Under the pieces are notes generated by a model. The model made no database searches. It worked only from the letters and a program-made list of their open reading frames with translations, and had not been told where the DNA came from. A stretch of DNA of 64,000 nucleotides, from the NCBI GenBank assembly GCA_019694975.1, contig JAIBAY010000007.1, positions 1,283 through 65,282 on the forward strand, given 5' to 3'. A program made the translations under genes and the position numbers. The stretch comes from Chitinophagales bacterium. Lineage in GTDB: Bacteria > Bacteroidota > Bacteroidia > Chitinophagales > UBA10324. The number at the start of each line of letters is the position of its first letter. The first letter of the stretch is position 1. Of this stretch, positions 29,381 through 37,519 are shown piece by piece.

Positions 29381-30477
29381 TAAATATTGTCTTTCTCTCT
29401 AATTTTTTTTGTAATCGTCCGACTTATGAGTTCAGCAGAATCAATTATTTCATCTGCGACTTTCTTGTCGTTTTTATCTGGGTTGGAACTTCTGTGAATA
29501 ATCTTTTGAGCTTCAACTAAATTTTGCAAGGCTTTTGTCAAATACAATCTAATATTTTCATCGGCTAAATCTGTTAACTCTGCTGCTTCTTTTAATGTTT
29601 TTTCTCCACTAATAAATGATTCTCTAGCTTCAATATTTTGAATTACTTTGTTTAAGACTCTAAGATTTCGATTATCTCCAATTCTTGTTTTACCGTTTGA
29701 TAATTTCTCGTAAAGCCAATGAGTTACTTCTTTTAATCTTTCTTGATTGATATCCGAAAATGGAGAATCTGACTCCATATTGATGCCCATAAATTCAGCT
29801 AATGCCGTATGCATTGTAATTGCATCGGTAATTAAAGATAAGTCAAAATTTTCTTCATCAAGTTCAGGAATATTGTAATATTTTCTGCTTTGAATTATTT
29901 CAAATGCTTCATATCCTGTGAGTAACCTTCTTACATAAGGTGCTTTACTTCCGATTTCTTTTGCTAATTCTTTATAAACGCTAGGGCCACCTGACTTTTT
30001 TTGTTGATAAAGATGGTTTAGATACCTTGCTTTAGAAATTACCGGCCATTGTTTCACGCCAGTCACATGTCGGAATGCAAGGTAATTTTCTACTTCCTTC
30101 CGTTCACTTACTACATAAACCCAAAGTTTATGTGGAATATGATTTTTCTCTTTTGCATCGTTGGATAAACTTTCAACTGCTTTGGGGCTAATTATTGCTA
30201 ACCCAGGGTTGGTAAGAAGTTTTATTGCTGCTAATCTTCGATTCCCTTCAATGACAATATATGTTTTGTTGTCAGGTATAACGATTATTGGCTCGCCTGA
30301 AAAAAAGCCATTCTCAGAAATTGATGCCATTAAGTCAATTAAAGTAGCATCAGACAGCATCCAATTTAACACTTCTTTATCAGAAGCCCCTTTTAAACGC
30401 TCTGGAAGTCGTGGATTACTATGGTCAAGCTTGAGATTTTCTATTTCAACCTCAACAAAATTTGTTTCAGATTTCAT
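29380..30477 (-). CDS. ParB/Srx N-terminal domain (ParB-like nuclease fold) protein; first gene of the cassette
   Basis: EVEIENLKLDHSNPRL ... PIIVIPDNKTYIVIEGNRRLAAIKLL is the ParBc arginine box. The start is taken at MKSETNF (30477); the ORF is open to 30537. The remaining ~250 aa are not assignable. Confidence 0.85.
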   Translation of the reverse strand: MKSETNFVEVEIENLKLDHSNPRLPERLKGASDKEVLNWMLSDATLIDLMASISENGFFSGEPIIVIPDNKTYIVIEGNRRLAAIKLLTNPGLAIISPKAVESLSNDAKEKNHIPHKLWVYVVSERKEVENYLAFRHVTGVKQWPVISKARYLNHLYQQKKSGGPSVYKELAKEIGSKAPYVRRLLTGYEAFEIIQSRKYYNIPELDEENFDLSLITDAITMHTALAEFMGINMESDSPFSDINQERLKEVTHWLYEKLSNGKTRIGDNRNLRVLNKVIQNIEARESFISGEKTLKEAAELTDLADENIRLYLTKALQNLVEAQKIIHRSSNPDKNDKKVADEIIDSAELISRTITKKIREKDNI

Positions 30478-30574
30478 TGCATAAATTAAATGAATCGTTT
30501 GCAAATATACTTGAATTAGACATTGAAATATTTTCAAAAAGTCTTTGAATAATTATACTGTCGATTGATATTAG

Positions 30575-31124
30575 CACGGTCGTTATAGAGTTTCCGGTAA
30601 CAACCTGATCACTGCATCTGCAGCGAAATTCAACTGGGCTGATGTAAACCGCGCAGCCGGCTACGTGATTCGCTACAAAGTTTCCGGAGAAAAAACTGGG
30701 TACTGAAGACGGCCACCACAAGTACAAAAAAGATTGGCGGGTTGCAGCCAGCAACGGAATATACCTGGAGTGTCAGAACATTTTGCGCCGTGACGCCGCC
30801 GCCGGTTACTTCGAAATGGTCGCCCAACCAAGTATTCACAACACCTGCGCTAAGATTGGAAACACCGGTTTCCGCTTCACTCGATGTCTACCCCAATCCG
30901 TTCCAACAAACCGCCATGATCACTTATACTACAGCAAGTGATGCACACGTGCAGATTACTTTGTACGACCTCAGCGGCAAGTTGATGAAGATGTTGCTTA
31001 ATGAAAATGCTTCCTCCGGCTGCACACGCTTTCACTCAGCAGTGAAGGACTTCATCGGGGAATTTATCTCCTGAAGTTTCAGGTCAATGATGTGTTGATG
31101 GTGAAGAAAGTGGTGATGGAATAG
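30575..31124 (+). pseudogene. C-terminal remnant (FN3 plus T9SS sorting domain) of a cargo gene, with at least two frameshifts
   Basis: ITASAAKFNWADVNRAAGYVIRYKVSGEK is followed by a shift at the A6 run (30690..30695), then NWVLKTATTSTKKIGGLQPATEYTWSVRTFC...LDVYPNPFQQTAMITY...LYDLSGK. After a second shift near 31010-31025 it reads GLHTLSLSSEGLHRGIYLLKFQVNDVLMVKKVVME*. Confidence 0.6.
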
Positions 31125-31137
31125 TTTTGACTTTTGC

Positions 31138-31177
31138 ATGAAGCCGTTCGTGCGCAACGGGCGGCTTCATTGTTTTT
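31138..31177 (+). terminator. probable rho-independent terminator
   Basis: ATGAAGCCG - 15-nt loop - CGGCTTCAT followed by TGTTTTT, 14 nt after the remnant's stop. Confidence 0.5.
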
Positions 31178-31482
31178 ATAGCAATCCTTGTCTGCCAGGA
31201 AGATCATGTTGCGATTCTTCGAAATGTAAAGCGCACTGCAAAATTTCCCAGATGCTGAAAAGAATAGCACCTGGCCTCTGCCTCGCTTCGCACCTGCACC
31301 CTTGTTCTTATGACGAATATCATTTTTTAGAAGCCTGCTACTTATGATTTTTGGCTTAGCTGAAAATGCGCCTGAAAATGTTGCATCATGCTGAAAGAAA
31401 GAATCAAATATTGGGCTGCTCTGTATATCCTGTTTAGCAATGAAATGTTAGGAAGTACAAACCAGGAGCTATTCAGTTACAG

Positions 31483-34400
31483 ATGTTTCCGGTTAAGCCG
31501 GAATATTCAGCCTCAGTTGCTATGAAAAAAATTTCCCACACGATATCGATAAGGCAGATTGCCGCAACAGCTAACACATTGAAGGCACTTACAATAACTA
31601 TTCAAAATATCTGCCATGGCAGGTTTTGGCTGCAGTTTTTTGTGCTTCTTCAAATCTATTGCCTTTCTCCCATAAACATTTTTGCCAATGTTACGATCTC
31701 CACCGGAGGTGTTGCCAGCAGTTCTTACACCTTAAGCAACCTTACCTACCCTTCCTATACTGCACTTGGCACAATCGCAATCATGGAAAACGCTTCAAAT
31801 GATATCTCACAGGCAGGTGGCACCTTAGTACTCAACTGCCCTGCCGGTTTTGAATTTCTTGCAGGTGCCGGTAGTGCCTACAGCACATTGGCCCCTGATA
31901 TTATCAGCGCCAACATAAGTACAGTGAGCACGTCGCAGATTACCATAACAATCGCAGGTAATGGCGGAGGAACAGCATGCTGCGATCAGATAACGATCAC
32001 AGGCATATTTGTAAGAGCAGCCGCGCTTTGTCCTGTTGCGGTGAACGGAATCATAACGAAAGATGCTTCGGGTTCACAAACAGTTACCGGAGTGGTGAAT
32101 GGTGTTACAAGCTTTGGAACCTTATCGCAGGCAAGCACGTCTTTGGCTACGAATACCATCACCGGATCTCCGCTCTGCCAGGGAGCAACCGTCAGCGTGC
32201 CTTTCACGGCCTGCGGATTTGCCGCCGGAAATATTTTCACGGCTGAGCTTTCAGATGCAGCCGGCTCCTTTGCTGCGCCCGTTGCCATCGGCACTTTAGC
32301 GGCTACATCTTCCGGTACTATCAGCGCCACACTTCCCGGCACCATAACTGCCGGCAGTGGTTACAGGATAAGGGTAAGTGCAAGCAATCCGGCGATTACC
32401 GGCAGCGACAATGGCATCAACTTAACAATCGTTTCGCCCATCAGCACAGGAGTCATTTCTTATGCACCTGCTTGCCCGGGCGGATCCATTATGGTTCCGT
32501 ACACAGTTAACGGCAGTTGTACGGCGTTTAATGCCGGAAATATTTTTACTGCTCAATTATCGGATGCAAACGGCAGCTTTGCCACGCCGGTGAATATCGG
32601 CTCGGTAGCATCCACATCAGGCGGAACAATCAATGCAGTGATTCCCGGAGGTATCAGCACCGGAACCGGTTATAGAATCAGGGTTGTCAGCTCCAATCCT
32701 TCTTTTACAGGCACCACGAACAGCAGCACCGCTACTGTAACTAAAAATCTATATGCGAGTCATTTAAACTGGCAAATCCTCTGGTCATCAGGCGATCAGT
32801 TTGATGCAGGTGACATTGGTTGCACTGTGCAGTTCGGTGCAGCTCCGCCATCCGGACAAAATGATATCATCACCACTGCTTACTGGCCTTTAACAAGCAC
32901 CTCGTGCGGTACATCATTCGGTTCAGGCACCTACATCACTTTTGGCGCCACACAGGCGCGCATTGTGAATTTCAACGGACCCGCCGCATTCACCATTGCT
33001 CCATTGGCCACTTTGCCATTGAGTACATCCACGGTTTGCAACGGCAGCACGGTGAATGTAAAATACAGCGTGCCGGCTTCCTGTAATACATTCAGTGCCG
33101 GAAATGTATTCACGGCAGAACTGTCTGATGCGACCGGATCATTTGCCACACCAACGGTGATCGGCTCCTTATCATCCACTGCATCCGGCACTATTGTCGC
33201 CACCCTACCAAGCTCGACGCCAATCGGCTCCGGTTACAGGATACGGGTTAAATCATCTTCTCCGGCCATAACCGGAAACGACAATGGCACCGATCTCTCC
33301 AATCAATCCATCACTGCCACCGTCACAGGATCACCGTTTTGTGCCAACAGCTCCATTGGTGTTTCTTATGTGGTTGCATGCACCTCATCTTTAAACGCAG
33401 GCAATATCTTCACTGTTGAATTATCAAATCCTTCCGGTGGATTCACTTCAGGCGTTACGGTGCTTGGTACGCTGACATCCACAGCAGGAAGTGGAACTAT
33501 ACTGGCTTCTATACCGAGCGGAGCAGTTGCATCGGGATATTACAGGGTTCGGATAAAGAGTTCTGCTGTCGCTTTCACAGGAACCGATAACGGAAGCGAT
33601 ATCACCATTACAGCACCGTGTAATTCAGCATCCACCTCCTTTATTCAAACTATTGGTGAAGCCAATCAGTCTGCAATCTATTCCGTGCAGCTCACACCGG
33701 CAGGCGGTTATACTGTCCTGGGGAATGCAGGAAGCAGCAATACCAATCCAGGCGATTATTACCCTTCTGTTGTCTATCTCAACACCGCTGATATCTTTTT
33801 AACCAATGTTAATCCTGATGGCAGCATACTTTGGCAGAAATCCTATGGGGTGATGCAATACAATGCTTATTATCATGTGCTCCGGCATGAGAATACTGCA
33901 GATGGCGGGTTCATTATCGCCGGCGGTGTCGACAATGGTTGCAGCCCTTCCGGTTCTTCATGTTATACACGTCCTATGCTTATTAAAACCACTTCAGATG
34001 GCACCATTCAATGGAGCAAGACGTATGATTGTTATGCCAGCATCTTTGCCTGGGGAGGATGGGCTTTTTCTGTTAAGCAAACCACTGATGGAGGTTACAT
34101 TGTATATGGGCCACAGATGGAAGGATATACAGTTCCTTATCTGATGAAACTCGATGCCAATGGCAATGTGACCTGGAAGTATTCTTATGGTTCCAATGGA
34201 GGAGCCATCTGCTGCACAGAAGAAGCAAGGGCTGTCCGGCAAACGAGCGACGGCGGCTATGCACTGCTGTCGCCGGGTGGCGATTACAATATGGGAGGTT
34301 CCTTTGACCTGATAAAAGTAAATGCATCCGGTGCCGTGCAGTGGTCAAATTCCTTTCATTACGGCACTGGCACAGGTGGTGGTTATGATTTACAAACTAC

Positions 34401-35487
34401 CACCGATGGTGGATTTATCATGACAGGTAACTCCACCACCAACGGGATTTTCCTGGTGAGGGCCAATGCCAGCGGTGCGGCACTGTGGGGCAAAACCTTC
34501 AGCTATAATGGTGGTATGAGTAATGCCGTCTGTCAGACAAGTGATGGCGGATTCGTCATTACCGGTACATCCAACGGAGATATCATTCTGATAAAGACCA
34601 ATAGTACGGGTTCGTTGCTATGGGCCAAAGCATTCAATCCCGGCACCACAGACCGTGGGATGGATGTTAAACAAACAGCTGACGGAGGTTACGTAATTGC
34701 AGGCTACACCGGCAGCTTTGGCAACAAAGGCATCCTGATCAAAACAGATGTTAACGGAAACAGTGTTTGCTGCGGTACAGATATAACATCTCTGATCACA
34801 ACAGGTTCTGGAGTAACCACCGGCAGTATCGCCTATGGAACTACTGCAACAGCATTGCCCACAGGTGCTGCCGCTCTGTCAATAGGAACAGGCGGAACTG
34901 TTACGGCAAATATTATCTGCAGTTCATTGACCACATCACTGCCGGTAGAATTAATTTCCTTCCATGCAAAACTGCTTTCAAATAAAACAGTGCTTGCTTC
35001 CTGGTCAACTGCTTCGGAAATGAACAACGATTACTTTATAGTTGAAAGAAGTGCTGATGCGGAAACATTTGATTCGGTTGGCAATGTGGAAGGTGCGGGT
35101 ATTTCTTTGCAGCAGCATGACTATTCTTTAGTGGATGAAAAACCATGTTCAGGCATCAGTTACTACCGGTTGAAGCAAATTGATTTTGACAGAACGGTTA
35201 CTTATTCAAACATTGTGGCAGTAAAAAATTTCGAACCCTTCTATGTCAATGTATATCCGAATCCGGCCAGCAGCGTTTTATACTATGATGTATTTTTTGA
35301 AGAAGATGAAAACATAACGGTGCAGGTAACAGACATGGCGGGAAGAATTTTAATCAGTCAGCAACAGCTTATGTTCAAAGGCAACTCCGGCGGCACGGTG
35401 GATATTTCATCATTAACACACGGAATTTATTTCTTCAGCATAAATGCTCCACCTACAAATTATCAGGCAAGGTTCATCAAACAATAA
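31483..35487 (+). CDS. very large secreted repeat protein (4 Cys-containing Ig-like modules, 6 or more DGG(F/Y) propeller-like repeats, T9SS sorting domain)
   Basis: The module C.G..V.V.(F/Y)....C..F.AGN(I/V)FTAELSDA.GSFA.P..IG.L.....GTI.A.LP.....GSGYRIRV.SS.PAITG.DNG occurs four times. Repeats of T(S/T/A)DGG(F/Y)(I/V)(I/V).G follow, and the tail reads VYPNPASSVLYYDV...ARFIKQ. The start is uncertain (31483 or MKKISHT at 31522). Confidence 0.85.
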   Translation: MFPVKPEYSASVAMKKISHTISIRQIAATANTLKALTITIQNICHGRFWLQFFVLLQIYCLSPINIFANVTISTGGVASSSYTLSNLTYPSYTALGTIAIMENASNDISQAGGTLVLNCPAGFEFLAGAGSAYSTLAPDIISANISTVSTSQITITIAGNGGGTACCDQITITGIFVRAAALCPVAVNGIITKDASGSQTVTGVVNGVTSFGTLSQASTSLATNTITGSPLCQGATVSVPFTACGFAAGNIFTAELSDAAGSFAAPVAIGTLAATSSGTISATLPGTITAGSGYRIRVSASNPAITGSDNGINLTIVSPISTGVISYAPACPGGSIMVPYTVNGSCTAFNAGNIFTAQLSDANGSFATPVNIGSVASTSGGTINAVIPGGISTGTGYRIRVVSSNPSFTGTTNSSTATVTKNLYASHLNWQILWSSGDQFDAGDIGCTVQFGAAPPSGQNDIITTAYWPLTSTSCGTSFGSGTYITFGATQARIVNFNGPAAFTIAPLATLPLSTSTVCNGSTVNVKYSVPASCNTFSAGNVFTAELSDATGSFATPTVIGSLSSTASGTIVATLPSSTPIGSGYRIRVKSSSPAITGNDNGTDLSNQSITATVTGSPFCANSSIGVSYVVACTSSLNAGNIFTVELSNPSGGFTSGVTVLGTLTSTAGSGTILASIPSGAVASGYYRVRIKSSAVAFTGTDNGSDITITAPCNSASTSFIQTIGEANQSAIYSVQLTPAGGYTVLGNAGSSNTNPGDYYPSVVYLNTADIFLTNVNPDGSILWQKSYGVMQYNAYYHVLRHENTADGGFIIAGGVDNGCSPSGSSCYTRPMLIKTTSDGTIQWSKTYDCYASIFAWGGWAFSVKQTTDGGYIVYGPQMEGYTVPYLMKLDANGNVTWKYSYGSNGGAICCTEEARAVRQTSDGGYALLSPGGDYNMGGSFDLIKVNASGAVQWSNSFHYGTGTGGGYDLQTTTDGGFIMTGNSTTNGIFLVRANASGAALWGKTFSYNGGMSNAVCQTSDGGFVITGTSNGDIILIKTNSTGSLLWAKAFNPGTTDRGMDVKQTADGGYVIAGYTGSFGNKGILIKTDVNGNSVCCGTDITSLITTGSGVTTGSIAYGTTATALPTGAAALSIGTGGTVTANIICSSLTTSLPVELISFHAKLLSNKTVLASWSTASEMNNDYFIVERSADAETFDSVGNVEGAGISLQQHDYSLVDEKPCSGISYYRLKQIDFDRTVTYSNIVAVKNFEPFYVNVYPNPASSVLYYDVFFEEDENITVQVTDMAGRILISQQQLMFKGNSGGTVDISSLTHGIYFFSINAPPTNYQARFIKQ

Positions 35488-35537
35488 AAAAGGATGCAAT
35501 CAAAAAGCTGATTCACATACTGTTATTTACCGGCTTA

Positions 35538-37172
35538 TTGATACACGGAAGTATTTGCCATGCGCAGATAATATCTACAGTTGCCGGAACAGGCATCGGT
35601 GGCTACAATGGTGATGGCATAGCTGCAGTTACTGCCAAATTGTATTACCCGGCAGGCGTAGCACTGGATGCGGCAGGAAATATTTATGTAGCCGATATGT
35701 CCAATGCCTGCGTTCGAAAAATAAATGCAGTCACAGGCATTATCAGTACTGTTGCAGGAAAACCGGGCATTGCACCCGGATTCTTTGCCGGTAGCGGAAC
35801 ACCAGCCACTTCGGCCACTTTCAGTTGGTATGTACTGGGAGTAGTTCCTGATGCAGCCGGCAATATTTATATCGCCGATGCAGGCAGCAACATCATTTGC
35901 AAAGTAGCAGCCGGCACCGGCATCATCACCATCTTCGCCGGCATCAACGGAAGTGCAGGCACAACAGGTGATGGCGGAAGTGCTGCAAGTGCCAGGTTAA
36001 ATTATCCGGCGGCCATGGCGTTTGATGTGACAGAAAGCAATTTATACATCGCCGATTGCTACAACCATAAGATCAGAAAGATCGCCATCAATACAGGCAT
36101 CATCAGCACCGTTGCTGGCACCGGCACTGCAGGTGCGACAGGCGATGGCGGTCCGGCCACTGCAGCAAAGCTGAATTATCCGGCAGGTATCGCCGTGGAC
36201 GCGGCAGGCAACATTTATGTAGGTGATGGCGGTAACAACAAAGTGCGAAAGATAACACTGAGCACAGGCATCATTTCTACGATTGCAGGCACCGGCACAG
36301 CAGGATTTTCCGGTGATCTTGGCGTTGCGACAGCAGCTAAATTTAACGGGCCGCAGGGATTAGCCGTTGATGAATCCGGAAATGTTTACATCGCTGATCA
36401 GGGTAACAACCGTATCCGGAAAATTACTGCCGGCACCAACATCATCAGTACTATTGCCGGATCAACGGCAGGCTTTTCGGGAGACGGTGGTCTTCCTGAA
36501 CTGGCCAAACTAAATGCACCCTGGTCGCTGGCTTTGCTGGCCAATTGCACTTTGATTATAGCAGACAACGTCAATAACCGTATCCGTAAAATCACAGGGC
36601 TGACAGCCTGCACATCGCTGCCCGTCGAAGTGATTGATTTTATTGCAACAAATCACGGCCATCAAAATCTTTTGCAATGGACAACAGCATCGGAACTGAA
36701 CAATGATTATTTCACAGTGGAAAGAAGCAGCGATGCGAAAACATTTGAATCCATCGCATTTATTGACGGTGCCGGCAATGCAACACATCAAAATTCATAT
36801 GCCTACACCGATGAAGATCCATATGACAACATCAGTTACTATCGCTTGCGACAAACAGATTTCAATGGAAGTTTTTCCTATTCCAAAACAATTTCAGTTA
36901 TCAAAATCACACCTGATTCCTGTTTCAATATCAGTCCCAATCCATTTCATTTTAGTACCACCATTTCCTATGCTATACCTGAAGCTGCAATCGTGCAGAT
37001 TGATATATTTGATGCTGCAGGGCATTTAGTACAGCGGGTAGTAGATGAAAATTGTTCTGCGGGGGTACACAACACAACACTCAATTGCAATCATATCTCA
37101 CCTGGTGTTTACCTTCTGAAGTTTCATGCCAATGATGAAATCCTTATCAGGAAGGTAGTTTTGCTGCAATAG
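35538..37172 (+). CDS. NHL-repeat beta-propeller protein with T9SS sorting domain
   Basis: The repeat IISTVAGTG.AG..GDGG.A..A.LN.P.G.AVD..GN(I/L)Y(V/I)AD..N..(I/V)RKI occurs six or more times, and the tail reads ISPNPFHFSTTISY. The ORF-track start is a TTG inside the signal peptide. An ATG at 35494 would be in frame if the A5 run at 35502..35506 were A6, giving MQSKKLIHILLFTGLLIHGSICHAQ. Confidence 0.85.
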   Translation: MIHGSICHAQIISTVAGTGIGGYNGDGIAAVTAKLYYPAGVALDAAGNIYVADMSNACVRKINAVTGIISTVAGKPGIAPGFFAGSGTPATSATFSWYVLGVVPDAAGNIYIADAGSNIICKVAAGTGIITIFAGINGSAGTTGDGGSAASARLNYPAAMAFDVTESNLYIADCYNHKIRKIAINTGIISTVAGTGTAGATGDGGPATAAKLNYPAGIAVDAAGNIYVGDGGNNKVRKITLSTGIISTIAGTGTAGFSGDLGVATAAKFNGPQGLAVDESGNVYIADQGNNRIRKITAGTNIISTIAGSTAGFSGDGGLPELAKLNAPWSLALLANCTLIIADNVNNRIRKITGLTACTSLPVEVIDFIATNHGHQNLLQWTTASELNNDYFTVERSSDAKTFESIAFIDGAGNATHQNSYAYTDEDPYDNISYYRLRQTDFNGSFSYSKTISVIKITPDSCFNISPNPFHFSTTISYAIPEAAIVQIDIFDAAGHLVQRVVDENCSAGVHNTTLNCNHISPGVYLLKFHANDEILIRKVVLLQ

Positions 37173-37210
37173 TTTATCGCTGATAGTATTTCAGCACTAT
37201 TCAGTTTCTA

Positions 37211-37249
37211 TGCACTGCCGTATTCGTCATAAGCGAATGCGGCAGTGCA
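37211..37249 (+). terminator. long stem-loop downstream of the NHL gene (terminator-like, no U-tract)
   Basis: TGCACTGCCG(TATTCG)-loop-(CGAATG)CGGCAGTGCA, 38 nt after the stop. Confidence 0.4.
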
Positions 37250-37519
37250 CTTTCGTGCAAATAGCTGTTTCTGCATGGCGCTGTTTTCCTTTCCTGAATT
37301 ACCATGAAAGTATTTACTAAAGCTAATGCAGATCATTTTTTTCAGACCTCCCGTATCTGACCTTTGTGCAGGCTGTTAATGAAAATTCCGGGCGATGAAA
37401 AGCCGTACAACAGTTTTTATTACCGCGGCGCTGACGATGATCATCTGGTACGTCTTCTATCATAAAATGAAAACAGCACCGTATCAGGAAATTACTTCAT
37501 GCAGTTAAATTCAAATACC

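Noticed and set aside
28190-30600. I looked for terminal inverted or direct repeats, an integrase or a transposase that would define the ParB-like cassette as a mobile element.
   Set aside because: The flanks share only short A/T-rich strings (AATTTAATTAAAA versus ATAAATTAAATGAA) and a degenerate copy of the FN3-start coding motif. That is not enough to call a mobile element or a target-site duplication.
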